A stretch of DNA of 64,000 nt, from NCBI RefSeq assembly GCF_018350175.1, contig NC_058368.1, positions 103,108,001 to 103,172,000 on the forward strand, read 5' to 3'. Under the pieces are notes generated by a model. That model had not been told where the DNA came from, made no database searches, and was given only the letters and a program-made list of their open reading frames with translations. Source of the stretch: Felis catus. Taxonomy: Eukaryota. The position numbers and the translations under genes are program-made. Below, one piece after another: positions 51,470 through 64,000 of this stretch (its first letter is position 1; the number at the start of each line of letters is the position of its first letter).

Positions 51470-51695
51470 CTTTTTTTTCCTTTTTTAAAATGTTTATTTA
51501 TTTATTTTGAGAGAGATTCAGAGTGCATGCATGCACACACGGGGAAAGGGGCAGAAAGAGACAGAAAAGAGAATCCAAAGCAGGCTCTGTCCTGCCAGCC
51601 CAGAGCCCGACGCAGGGCTCTATCTCACGAACCATGAGATTATGACCTGAGCCAAACGAGTCCGACGCTCAACTGACTGAGCCACCAGGCACCCC
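51470..51695 (-). mobile_element. CAN-SINE
   Basis: Antisense body; tgtctttttt on both flanks. Confidence 0.93.
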
Positions 51696-53364
51696 TGTCT
51701 TTTTTCTCTTTAACTACTTACTGTGTATAGATTCATGAAGATCATAGTAACTTGAGGCAATGATGTAATATGCCATTTGAGTAGGATAATATCATATTTA
51801 AAACTAATTTTTGAGCTTAATGTTTATAGTAGGGGGAATCCTGTGGTATTATTTTATTTTTTTTTCCTTAGAAACCCTTCTTCCGATACAACCTGAAGTA
51901 AAAAAAGTCCACTCTACTCCCTTGAAATCCATTTCTACCAACATAGAAACAGTCCCCAAACTGCTCAAAATTTAGTTGCAAAAAAAAAAAAAAAAAAAAA
52001 AGACAGCAAGAGAAATATCCCTCATTTTCCTGGAAATAAATGGTGTATGTTACTCAGTGACTTCTTATAATGATGAAATATACCTTCTTTATCAATGACT
52101 TGATGACTTATCAATAAATAAGAAAGGACAAACCCAGAACATTCACATTTGAGGTGAGAGTTGATTGCACTTGGTTGTTTGGCAAGGCCATCTCTTGTCC
52201 TCTTTGAAGAGAACAATTCCTTTAGCTTTGTCTGACCCCAGATAGCACTCGAAGAAAGTGAACAGGCAATAAATATGCGGAGATGAGGCATGTTTATCTT
52301 GTTCTTGGTCCTGCATAAACCACAGGTTTTAGGAGTTCCAAAACACTATTTGTATTATATAAAGATGCTACTGTTCCAACATGATTCTGAAGACTCTGAT
52401 ACAATAGTACACTTTAAAAAATGTAGCAATCGCTGCCCTGGTGTGCAACCACAGGCGAGCTACTGGCACTGATAAAACTCTCCAGAAAGACTGAATTAAC
52501 CTTCTTGATTGTTGAGGAACACAGAGAAAGAGAAAAATCTTTCCATGTGTCCTCAGTTCAAAGGAGCACAGAGCCAGATGGAAACATTGCTATCTTAAGA
52601 CAGGCACTTACCATAAGGAAGGTCAGAGAAAAGACAACAAGCCAGCCTCCACCAAGGAGGGATTTTTTCAAAAGGAGTTAGTCTCCAGGAAGAATGGTAC
52701 TGAGCAAACTGTCGAGAAATCTCAAGTCCTTTCCTGGTAGCTCTCTGCCTGAGAATTGGATGTATGAACTCTGTCTGGTAACACCAGTGTTTCCTTTAAA
52801 GCATGGCGACCTCCACAATGAAGGGTATGATTACCTCATTATTGTTGCAGAGCGTGTAATGAAAGGAAGGTAAAAGCTATTCCTGAAAGGGTTAATGCTG
52901 CACCTCCCCTTGCACCTCATTAATAGCCAGGAAGGCTTTAGGCAAAAGGGAAAATAGGACTCTTGGGATTAGCTAATCTCATCTCTGACTCTAAGCAAAC
53001 CCAAGGAATACCTGTCAACCAGATAGAAGGCAGCAGCATTTAGGATTTGCAATCTGATTTTTAAGTCCTTCTGTGGCAAAAATAGATGTGAAGGCAAAAA
53101 AGGAATTTGCTTCAGTTAAGCTCCAGATTTCTAGAGGGCCATTAAATTAAATTCACAATCTTTGAGAAATCTCACAAGTATTTGCTTTTGCATTTAGTAA
53201 AACCTCACTCATTTGGGCGAAGGAAGAGAAAGATACATTTTGATGTGAACAATACCTTTGAAGAAATGGTGATACCTTGAAATTAGGTAAATAGAATGTG
53301 GCTTCAGGGGATTTAAATAATAATGACTTATAGTTGGAATATCAATTTATAGTCAATTTATTAC

Positions 53365-53650
53365 CTGTTTATAAGGGCAAGAAATGACAGCTATCTATGT
53401 GAAGGGCTGTCACACAGAAAAAGGGGGCCTTACTTGTCTTCTAGCACTCCAGAAGGCAGAGTTAAGACCCGTGGGCCAAGCTTGCAGCAGGCTGAAGGTG
53501 GCTTTCTTCTGGCTATAACTTTACCGTTTCCCAGAAGCGAGCCTCCCTCTCATCCATGCAACACGACCCATCTACCCACTGACCACCTCTAAGGGATGTG
53601 GGGTAAAGAACGGTGGCATTTGGTAAGATTTTGAAATAGATCAATACTCT
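53365..53650 (+). mobile_element. L3/CR1 3' fragment
   Basis: tgaagggctgtcacacagaaaaaggg...ctccagaaggcagagttaagacc...tgaccacct. Confidence 0.6.
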
Positions 53651-54062
53651 GAATTTTTTTTCAATAGAAAAATTTGAAAACTTGAAATTGTCAGAAGTTC
53701 AGTATATAAAACAGATGGAAGAGCTGAAATGATTCCTTGGTGAGTCAGAACTTTCACTACTTGGGAAAAACATACCATGGTTCATGCAACTACTCTAGTA
53801 CTTTCTTGGGGCCCTTAGGCTTCACAGAGAACAGAGGGAAAGCTCACTCCAAGCAGTGGCTCTCGGATGGAGAATAATGGTTTCAAAGTACTAGGGATGA
53901 TCATTTAATGGAAAACAAAGAAACCAAAAGCTCAGGACTGCCTGAGAATTTGTACCGTAAACTTAACAGATTCTTTAGCTATAAGAGCTGTTGACGTCAA
54001 CTTACGGGTGAACTCACGACTCTGTCACAAATTAGATTCAGAGATGTGGAAGACTTAGTAAG

Positions 54063-54790
54063 TGCAGTAGCCAGTTTCCAACATAGGCCCAAGGGTATAC
54101 CTCCTGGTATTCATTCCCTAGTGTGTGGTTCCTTCTCTCATTTAATTAAGGTTTGTTACTACAATACTGTAGATGCGATCATGTGTGTTATCTGAGGCTA
54201 GGTTATAAAAGGAATCACAGCTTTTATTTTATTTTTATTATTTATTTTTGAGAGAGAGAAACAGAGTATGAGTGGGGGAGGGGCAGAGAGAGAGGGAGAC
54301 ACAGAGTCCCAAGCAGGCTCCAGGCTCTGAGCTGTCAGCACAGAGCATGACGCGGGGCCTGAACCCACGGACCAAGAGATGGTGATCTGAGCCCAAGTCC
54401 GACACTTAACCAACTAAGCCAATCAGGTGCCCCAGGAGTCAAAGCTTTTAATTTGACTTACTGGATCTTTTACTCTGGTAGAAACCAGTGCCATGCCTTG
54501 GGGTCAGTCATGCCTCCTTGTGGAAAAGCCCAGTGGTGATGGGCTGAGGCCTCCCACCAACAGCCACATGTCTGAGAGACCTTGGAAGCAGAGCCTGCAG
54601 GCCAGCCTGACCTTCAGAAGACAGTGGCCCAGCCAACATCTGACTTCAACTTCTGAGAGACCTGGAGTCAGAACCCAGCAAAGCCGCTCTAACATTCCTG
54701 ATCCAAAGACACTGTGAGATAGTAAATAAAGATTGTTGTTTTCAGGCACCAAGTTTTGTGATAATTTGTTGTATGGCAAAAAAAGAAAAG
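54063..54790 (+). mobile_element. MaLR solo LTR (MLT1F/G-like) interrupted by a CAN-SINE
   Basis: ctcctggtattcattccctagtgtg, ctgaggctaggttataaaagg, gggctgaggcctcccaccaacagccac, aagttttgtgataatttgttgtatggcaa. Confidence 0.8.
54222..54433 (-). mobile_element. CAN-SINE nested in an MLT1 LTR
   Basis: Antisense body; flanks ggaatcacagctttta / ggagtcaaagctttta. Confidence 0.94.
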
Positions 54791-55149
54791 GAAAAAAGTA
54801 ATACATTCGTGCCCATCTCTGGGAGATTTACTTCTAGACCCACTCACTGTTGATGATTAAGATGATGGCCTCACACATCTACAAGCAACATGAGAACATG
54901 AGGCCCCATTGGTTTTCCACTCCTGCAGCCCCACTAGCTCTCATCGTTCTTAGAGATGGTTCACGGAGATTCCATACAATTTTGCTGAACAGATGAACAA
55001 ATGACATTAAGTACCGTCAGAGTTAAAAATGAAGGCGATCACATTGAGCGAGCCACTTAATAGCTGTTTTATTATAAATCCAAAATTACCATTTAAAAAA
55101 AATCAATACTTTTTTTAAGGAGGAGGTGGAGAATGTCCCTAAATTATTT

Positions 55150-55334
55150 AAAATTTTTTTAAATGTTTATTTATTTTTGAGAGGGGTGAGGGGCAGAGAC
55201 AGGGACACAGAGGATCTGACACAGGTTCCGTGCTGGCAGTGCAGAGCCCCACGAGGGGCGTGAACTCGCAGACTGTTAGATCATGACCTGAGCCGAAGTT
55301 GGATGCTCAACGGACTGAGACACCTAGGCATCCC
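55150..55334 (-). mobile_element. CAN-SINE
   Basis: Antisense body; tccctaaa on both flanks. Confidence 0.9.
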
Positions 55335-57397
55335 TCCCTAAACTATTCATTAAGCTTTCACAAAATATAAACAGCATTGTATTATAGTGAAGAATGGTGT
55401 TTCTAATCTCGTATGATTTAAACTAAAAGCTAAAGAATAACATACACTCTTCCGTCTGAAATGAACCTTGCTTTTGGTCTCCAGGCTAAACCCCCTTATC
55501 CTTGAAGACTCTTGGCACAGCTGTAACATCGATCTGCAGGCAGCCTTTCCTGATGCCTTTTGTCCCGGTTTCCTGTCACACTGCATTTGAGAGAATGGCA
55601 CATCTAGTTTTCTTTTTCAAAAAAGCTTTACTATTGTTACCAAAAGGAATACACACTTCTTTACATGCAATAATATAATATAGGACAATGACTACTAAAT
55701 CATTCTCTTCCTGTTACTAAGGTATTTAAATGAGCGACTGTCAAATTATAAGTCCTCATACCAACAGGTCTAAAAGCAGAAGAAGGTGCGGCTACATGTT
55801 CTTATACAGGTTTACACAGAATATCATATTCTATGAACGTAATAGAAGCCCTTTTAAATGCCAAGATTCATTTCTTTATTTGTACCTTATAATCTTCCTC
55901 CCTCCCTTGGCATATTGCTTTAACTCAAATAGGTGTATTATTTCAATTATATTTTAGGGAAATCATTTTTTCTTGGTCGGAATGACTTCTTAGCCTCTGA
56001 ACTTGTGTCCAGGCTCAAGCAAAATCACAAACAGAACATTCTGTATGCAGGAAAGAACATTTTCATATACATGTAAATTGTTTACACTGCCGATTATGTG
56101 ACTTGTGCCTTCCACCTTCAAAGGAAGAACGAATATTCAGGATGCTGTAATTATTTAGGTCAACAAACACTTACTGAATACTTCCTAAATGTGAGCCATT
56201 GTGCTAGATCTTGGATTAGGAAGATGAGGCAAGTAAATTCTCTACCTTCTGAGGATTTAGAGTTTAAGTAATTGAAAAGAAACAGATCAATCAAGGCTGT
56301 GTGACCTTTATCTTAAACATCTTTTAAATAGCTAGACATCCTCTGAGATCCAGGTCACGTCAAGGGGGTTCCACCTGCTTAAAAAAATGGTACAGAATAT
56401 TTTCCAACTAGATTAGTTTGGCTAATAGACAATAGCAAGGAAGTCTCAACTGAGGCATAGCTAGACTGCGTGTTAGAATATTTCCATTTCTAACACTCTT
56501 TCAGCAAAGTGATGGGAAAACTTGCTTGAAATCTTGCAGGTGTTTTGTGACTGTTTATTGCAACAAACATGAAAGCTCGAGAAACAATGAGACCAAGTCT
56601 GTCTTCCTCTAAACCGTAGACGGTACAGACCAGAAACTTTTTTCCCTCCCCAATATATTAATAGGGCCACAGCGAGCTGGTCTACGCACAACTTCATTCA
56701 GCTCTGAATGGACTTTATTAATACTCTACATGTCTAGCCTTGAATAAGTGGTTCCTTCTTTGAGGCAGAATATTCCTAAACACTACGTTATAAGGTGGGG
56801 AGGTGGAAAGTAAAATCATGTCAGCACGGCTGTCTGTTTGAACCGGGCCGGGAATGGGCAAAGAAAACAGGAAAGCAGTGAGTAGTCAAATACATATTTT
56901 CTAGGAAGTACTGAATGTGTAGCAGTTGAGAAAGCCAATAAAAGGAGGCACTGCTAACAGCTCAATTGGGTCTAACATCTAAATTTTAAAACGAGCCAAC
57001 TACTAAGACTCAAGATTAAAACTAAAACCTATACTTAAAACTTGCCTAAGGTTTTTTTTTTTTAACTCAGACATAGATAACTCAAACATATTTCTGTATG
57101 TTCTCTGTAACTGCATGTAGAACATATACAGTGGGGAGAAGAAATTTTGTGGGAGCTTGTCTGTTTCTTATCCAGAAAACTGTGTTTAGTCCAACAAGAA
57201 ACCTGAATCAATCCTGTATTTGTCATCATAATAAAGCTGATGGTAATGGTTCTTAAATGGGCTTTTTGTACTCAAGAATTACAGTACCGATTTTTCATGA
57301 GTGGTAACACAAACCAATATCTAGAGAAAAGGAAGTTTCAGATGGGGAAAGCTTTCTATCTTTATTTTCACCGGTATACATTGATGTGCACATTACT

Positions 57398-57612
57398 TTC
57401 TTTTTTTAAATGTTTTATTTATTTTTGAGACAGAGAGAGACAGAGCATGAGCAGGGGAGGGGCAGAGAGAGAGGGAGACACAGACTCCGAAACAGGCTCC
57501 AGGCTCTGAGCAGTCAGCACAGAGCCTGACTCGGGGCTCCAACTCACGGACCGCAAGATCGTGACCTGAGCCGAAGTCGGACGCCCAGCCAACTGAGCCA
57601 CCCAGGCATCCC
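57398..57612 (-). mobile_element. CAN-SINE
   Basis: Canonical body; target-site duplication cacattacttt. Confidence 0.96.
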
Positions 57613-59761
57613 ACATTACTTTCATTATTTCACCTACAATGAATTTAAAATGTAAAAGAGAATATCTGAATAAGTGATTAGGAAGAAAAAGGTAGTTTGA
57701 ATACTGATCGCTAGAGGACAGAGTATATTTTAAAAAACTGGAAATAATACAATTACAAGCTATTTTAGATGGAAAACGCATGACTTAAGTGGTCTACTCA
57801 CTGTTAACATAGTCAGTTGTGGCTGCAAAGAAGTCACTGAAATAATAACAAGGAAAGTACGGATCTTCTTTTCAATACTCAATATGGAAATAAAGAGCCT
57901 CCTACTTTTATCTATCAAACATCCTGCATTTATTTATAAATCCCCAAAAGCGGCTAGAAGTTATGTCCCACACGCATCCTAGAATTTTAGTTTCAGAAGA
58001 ACAACGGTGGTCCTACGGCCTCACCGTGTCATGTCACAGATAAGGCTCACGGAGGTTAACTGATCGTCTGGAGTCACTGAGTTAGTTAGGAACAAATCCA
58101 GGGCTAGAACCTGGGGCATCTTCCATTATCCTAGGCTTGATCTAAGGTCAGTGCTATCTAAGGCAGCACACAGTTTCACAGTTTTATCAACAGAGTGAGA
58201 TAAAGCTACACCATTTCTTCTGGTTCACACAAACAAGACTATCTGAGGTCAGAATATTTCTAGCTCCAAAGCTTTGCAGATCAGCACATGACAGAAGCTC
58301 CATTAAACGGCAAGGGGGAGGGAAAACTCAAAAAACAACAAACAAACAACCCCCCCCCCCCCACGACTGTTTAGGAAAAAAAGGAAGAAGACAAAGCTCT
58401 GAGTCAGCTGGAACTTTCAGCAGCATGGGGCGGACGCTGTGAAGGCAAGTCACGTGCCCAGTGAGAGCGCTACATCATTTTCTTTCCAAATTGTGCTTCC
58501 TTTGAGGGATACAGAATGTAAAACTGCTTTCTCCACACATGGGGCTGTTTGGCACTGGCAGGAGTTTTAAAAAGGGAGTTGGGAATTAGCTTCCTCACCA
58601 AGTAATCTGCTCTCCCATAAATGGATGCACGATATTTCCAGCCATTCCTGTGGCTTGAGCAAGGCAGTGGATTTTTGTCAATCCCCTTTAATTAATCTTG
58701 CCGTAAGTCCTATGGTGGGGTGGGCGAACTCTCAAACATTGAACAGTGGAATTACTCACCGGGTGGCTTTTCCCAAACACCCCCAACCCCAATTAAAGAG
58801 CCGTATTTGGTTTGGGTTTCCTCAAATGGCACTCTTGTTAACACTCATCAAACACAGGAAAAATAAAACAGCAATTTAACTGCGTGCGCAGTGTGAAAGG
58901 CTTGTGCAAATAATCAGCACATTTCTAACTGGTTAGTAATAGGCAGAGTGCAAAAAACAAATGACCAGATTTATACCACTGGGCAGGTCTGAAAGCAACA
59001 TTACGGCTGAAATATATTCATTTACAATTTAAAGCAAGCCTTTCAGTGAATAATTGTTTACATAATAGTGAAGAGCGCTTGTGTAGCACAACTGGGAACC
59101 ATTTACAATGTGTTAACCAAATAATGCATGTTTACAAAAGATTCTGAGCTCGTTTTTTGGAGAAAAGAATCGTGGTACTCATGCCCACAAAAGCAGAGCA
59201 GTATGTACAGTTAGTAAATCTTTTCTTAGCTGCAAAATTAGTGTCAAGATGTTTGAGCCCGTAAACTACGTCAGCATAAGTCACTCTCATTAAAGTGGTG
59301 TGTGAAGGTAGTCTTCTCGAACAGCAGGTTGTTCCATTCTCTCTCTCCTTTTTTAATCAGCCAAATAATGAGCTGGGGGTAAAGTTCTTTAACCAGACCA
59401 AGGAGAGAAGAAAGCGGAATCATCTTAAAACGGCCATCCTGGATTTAATAGCCTACAACAAAACCCTACGCAGGTCAACTTCATGGTTCAGCAATTCCTA
59501 AAAGTCTTGTCTACTTCTCCAAAGCTTATCGGTGACGGCTGGTATATAAGAGCTCCCAATGAGGACTGATTTATAGCACTGGAGGGCTTTGTGGTGACAA
59601 AGGAGGGCTAGGGTTCTTGAGAGCTTTCTGCTTTTTTTTTTTTTTTTTAGGTCCCAAAAGATGATGCGGTTCTGTGATAGGAATCTCGTACCCTTTACTG
59701 GTGACATAAACAGGTCACAGTGCCTGCAAAAGCGTATGCAGGAATCAGGAGAATCAATCTT

Positions 59762-59799
<38 letters not shown>

Positions 59800-61041
59800 T
59801 CTCTTTTTTTCTGGGTCAGACTTAGATTTTTATCGAGTCAAACTATCTAATTGAACACAAACCATGTGATAGAACCCAAACAGTATGCATTAAAAATAAA
59901 GCCGAATGGGGCCAGGTTTGATTCAGGCTAATGCTGTTACAGGGATATGTTTCAGGCATCACCTGAATACAAATGAATTTTTTTCCCCTGCGTGGACTGA
60001 AGTCTTTCAGGGAGGGAAATAAAAAAGTTGAGAATAAAAAAGAGAACCCAAAACAAAACCACAAATCTAGTTTCATGCTGGATGTATCTGTTGTGAAGCA
60101 ATATGTTGGCTAAATAGGAAAAGTCAGGTGAGTTAAAGTCTCGCGGCAGCTTGATTTAAACCATGGCTACGCAAACCAGAGCCCTGTCCAGATCTCAGGA
60201 AAGTGAATTATATATAATAACACTTACAGTTTCCTAGGACTATTAGATTTGCCTTCTTACATAAATGCTTAAGTTATGATAAAAAACAGGGCCATGTCAG
60301 TTTCTGTCAGCCTCAGCACATTTGCTATTAGCATAAGAAATGCTGCTTATGGTAGAGCTAGTCAGGCTTGAAATTTCTGAATTAATGGATTTGATTTCCT
60401 CTTGAGACAAACCATCAGCCTTGCAGTAATGGAAATAGATATAGTTGGTAAAACAAATAAAAAGCTGGCATGCAGATAAAATGGGTTTCAGTTTAAAATA
60501 GTAATGTTGTAATTGAAGTGAACAATTACAGGGTTGCTCCTAGGCACAAAAGAAATACCATGAAAATGAAGTAATGTTTTTGTTAAGTATAGTCATTTCA
60601 TGAAAATGTAGAGCTGCAGATGTCATTGTCTGCCAAAGGGAAAACTATACTTATTCTTCTACACAAAGATCATTTAATAACATTTGGCTAATTTTAATAA
60701 TAATTGCTAATATTAACCCTATATTTCACTGGGAGTTTGGAGACAAACACTCCCTGTCCCCGCCTGCTCTTCCCCTTCAGTTTGGTAGAGAGCCAACAAG
60801 AACAAGTCCCTGTAAAAAGCTATTGGCAATGAACTATCAGAAATCCCCACCCCGGCAGCCGCCTTCTCCTTTTTAATGTCTTATTTCTTTGTCAAGCATC
60901 TGTTATCAGAAATGAGTCTGTTAGCTGGCAGTTGTAGTTGCAAGAGGGACTAAGAATAAAGGGGTGGTGGTGGAGACTGGGAACCCCGAGACAGGAAAGT
61001 AGGCTCTGGACTGTTCACGTCTGATTGGTCCCCCTCCCTTG

Positions 61042-61042
<1 letters not shown>

Positions 61043-61090
<48 letters not shown>

Positions 61091-61110
61091 CGTGTGTGCG
61101 CGCGCGCGCG
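61043..61110. repeat. Compound (TG)n(CG)n alternating purine-pyrimidine tract
   Basis: Seen directly. Confidence 0.95.
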
Positions 61111-63266
61111 TTTCAACTTGTCTGTGAACCATATGAAATTCGAAATAGAAAACTTCTATTTTTAGCACCTGAAATCCCTTCATGTTTCATACACACACAA
61201 ACTGAGGCAGCCAAGGCCACAGGATGTCACAAGAAACAGAAGTGTCTCGTTGAGTCTGAAAAGGCAGTGACACAAATTCACTCTAACAAAATGCCCAGCT
61301 GGGTCCCAGCCCATCCCTTGGCCCTCCCTCCCACTCCTTGGTTTTATTGCATTGCAGGAAGAGACACGCACTGTGTTTCCTCCTCAGGTTTTAGGAATTA
61401 AAACAATATTGTAGCTCTGTGAAATTTTATTTGGAAATACACTGCGCTTTATTCCCTGCGACGCTGACTGCCGCTGGCTCATTTGGCCATCTTTTCATCC
61501 AAGGGAAGCACTTTTTCAGGGGTTGGGTTTTTGTTTTGTTTTGTTTTGTTTTGTTTTGAAGCTACAGAGGAATGAGAAAATGAAAGCTCCCCCCCACCCC
61601 CCAACAAAGGATTGAGCTGTGACTTCTTAAGAGAAAAGGTTAAATTGTCCGGCTGTGTTTCTTGGAGTGAGGCGGGAAGAAGGGCCGCTTCCCTTTTTGC
61701 TCAGTTAGAATAATTCATTTCCTGACGCAGCCTACCTGTGACAGTCACAGGTGACCTCCCAGCCTGCTAAGCTCGGATGATTTCCCCTTCCCATTGCCCA
61801 AGTACAACTCCTGGCAGAAGACAAATGTACTGCAAGCCGGAGACATATCTGTAGTGCAGAGGAAAAGCAGCCTGTCTACATATGTCATTTTAAAGCCTCG
61901 CGTGGAGATTTTACTGCTTTCTTCACACCCTCACACTTACATAAATACACCCACACAGTACAGGCAAGTCCCCGAGACTCCCAAGCGTTCCTCTTCCATT
62001 AGAAGACATTTTAAAACAAATTAGCACCCTCCCCGAAAGCCTAGTGGCCTAAATGTGTTTATTACTTTGTTTGCTGCTTGGAAAGTTCTTCCTACAGGCC
62101 CCCAGTAAGACTGGGGGGTTCCTGCAGAATGAAGCACGCCCTTCGTCCGCAGAGGAATATACACATCTGACAAAGACTTAAATCTTCTTCTTCTTCTTCT
62201 TCTTTTTTTTTTTTCCTCTTGACACAGCGGCTGGTGACACATAAATGTACTTTTTTCTTTTGACAGAGTAATAAAAATCTCATTATCTCTGAATAGGCAG
62301 CAATTTCGTTATCTAATCTTTTTACCAAAAGGTTAGTTAATTAATCAGAAACAAATCCTGATTATTATTTCAATAGAATTAGAAAGACAAATCACCAGAG
62401 TACAGCTAAATAGGGCAGGCCTGCGGTTTCACCTGCCTCATTGCCATGCAGGCCCCGTGATTGTCAGGGCTCCACCAGGCAGACGGCCTTCGGAACAGCA
62501 GCCAGCAGATGGCTGTGCGAGCGGCCAGCCTGCCTCTGCTCTAATGCCTGTGATCCCATTACCTCACTGAATCCGTTACCAGGGTAACTGTTAAATTGCT
62601 GTGAAAGGCATGGTAATAAAGTAACCTGTCACATTGGCAATAAAAGGAGCAGAATTTTCCTGTTCACTGAACTTTGCAGCTCATCAATACTCACTTGATG
62701 GAGAAATTCACCACTACTCCAGGGTCAGCCGCAGGAATCTTTCCATAAGGCTTCTGAAATGCAAACTAAAGTTCATGTAAACACACGAAAGATATAATTA
62801 AAAGCTGGATTCTTGGCTGCACAGAGCTCACGCTTCTCTTTTCCCTGGAAGGTTATGGAAGCCTGAAGAACATCAGATTCCTCTCTTTGTTGTTGTTTTT
62901 TTAATTTAAAGCATGCTAGACAAAAATAACCTTTGCTGGTGAAAGACAGCTGTGATTAATTCAAGACTGGGAAAACAAAGCACAAGGAAAAAAAAAATCC
63001 CTTGTTCCTAAAATCTGTCTTTTTCAGATCCTATCTTATTGGCTGTTCTCATTAAAGGGTCACGGTACTTAAAAAATGATTTGGATTTGAGTGTATTAAT
63101 AGTAAGAATGGAAAGCCTCGCTTTTAACAAGCATGAGGAGTTGAAAACAACAATCTCCCCACCTCCTCCCCTGCCCAACAGTTAGGGTCCTTGAGCTGTA
63201 ACTGTGAAGAGATAAATGCAAGCTGAATGGATGCATATGACTGTGTCCCCCCCCCCACAGTCCCAG

Positions 63267-63267
<1 letters not shown>

Positions 63268-63307
<40 letters not shown>

Positions 63308-63311
63308 CCCC
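63268..63311. repeat. Poly-C homopolymer (~40 nt)
   Basis: Seen directly. Confidence 0.95.
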
Positions 63312-64000
63312 AACTGCTTCTGCAAATGCCCTTCAAGGGTTTCTGTGTCAAGGATTCCAGCAGTGACACTATCAGGTGTAAGATTTGCTACAATTAAGTG
63401 AGGTTCTTTAAGGGAAGAAAAGAGAAAACAGCAAACACTCAGCATTAAAGGAGAAGAAATAAGTAGAAACCCCCATTTATTTCAATTACATTCTGCAGCC
63501 GGCCCTATGAACATACATGGAAAGTGGGATATATCTATCTAGCCCTCATTATTAGCCATTTGCAGACTTCACGCTTTTGGCTCCATTTGGTGCTGTCATT
63601 AATTAGGCAGTATTAACCTTAGAATGCGTTAGAGCTTGCCTATTGAAATAACTTTGGGCACGCTTTTTTTTCCCCCTCCCTCCCTCTGACTTGCAAGTGC
63701 TTACAGCTTGCTATTAAAAAGCTGACAGTATTTTTTTGACCAGCCGGCAGCAGACATGAACCGTTCTGGTGGTAGCTGCAACCCATGAAAAGAAATGCCT
63801 CCAAGCAGGAGTTGTCCTCATTACAGAGTGCTCAGCATGGGATTAGAGCCGAGCATCTCTGGCTGGCCATGTCAGGGGGGCCTTGGATTGGTATCTTGGA
63901 AATGATGATGCTTTTCAGAACGAGGGAGCCATGTGCTGCACATGGAAAAGTGGGTGAGATTCCAGCCGGACTCAGGCAAGTGAAGGCTATGGCTTCATGA

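Larger units (their letters stand above)
58200..64000. promoter_or_regulatory. Transposon-poor block, probable cluster of conserved non-coding or enhancer elements
   Basis: About 6 kb with no recognisable SINE, LINE or LTR; complex sequence rich in TAAT/TAATTA, TGACAG/TGTCA and ACAAT motifs; no credible ORF. Confidence 0.45.

Noticed and set aside
4445..57781. Recurrent ORFs such as MAQSVKRPTSAQVMISRF and GSGHDLTV
   Set aside because: These are translations of CAN-SINE bodies, not genes.
1..64000. CRISPR arrays, rRNA or bona fide tRNA genes
   Set aside because: None seen. All tRNA-like A and B boxes belong to SINE heads.

Overview
Mammalian genomic DNA from a carnivore, very probably a cat or other feliform: about 22 CAN-SINEs of the SINEC_Fc style and a carnivore-type L1. 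I find no intact protein-coding gene. Most of the window is repeat-rich intergenic or intronic sequence (CAN-SINE, L1, MLT1 LTRs, MIR, L2, L3, hAT fossils), with two long transposon-poor blocks (~17.3-22.3 kb and ~58.2-64 kb) that look like conserved non-coding regulatory DNA. The main discovery is a heavily decayed minus-strand fossil gene at ~25.3-35.0 kb. After removing the SINE and L1 insertions and translating across frameshifts by hand, it gives four consecutive sets of transmembrane, pore, C-linker and cyclic-nucleotide-binding-domain (CNBD) motifs in the expected order. This is the four-repeat architecture of the CNGK/tetraKCNG sperm K+ channel of sea urchins and freshwater fish, which to my knowledge has no described functional counterpart in placental mammals. 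The call rests on motif recognition by eye and needs a frameshift-aware homology search. Repeat subfamily names and boundaries are approximate.
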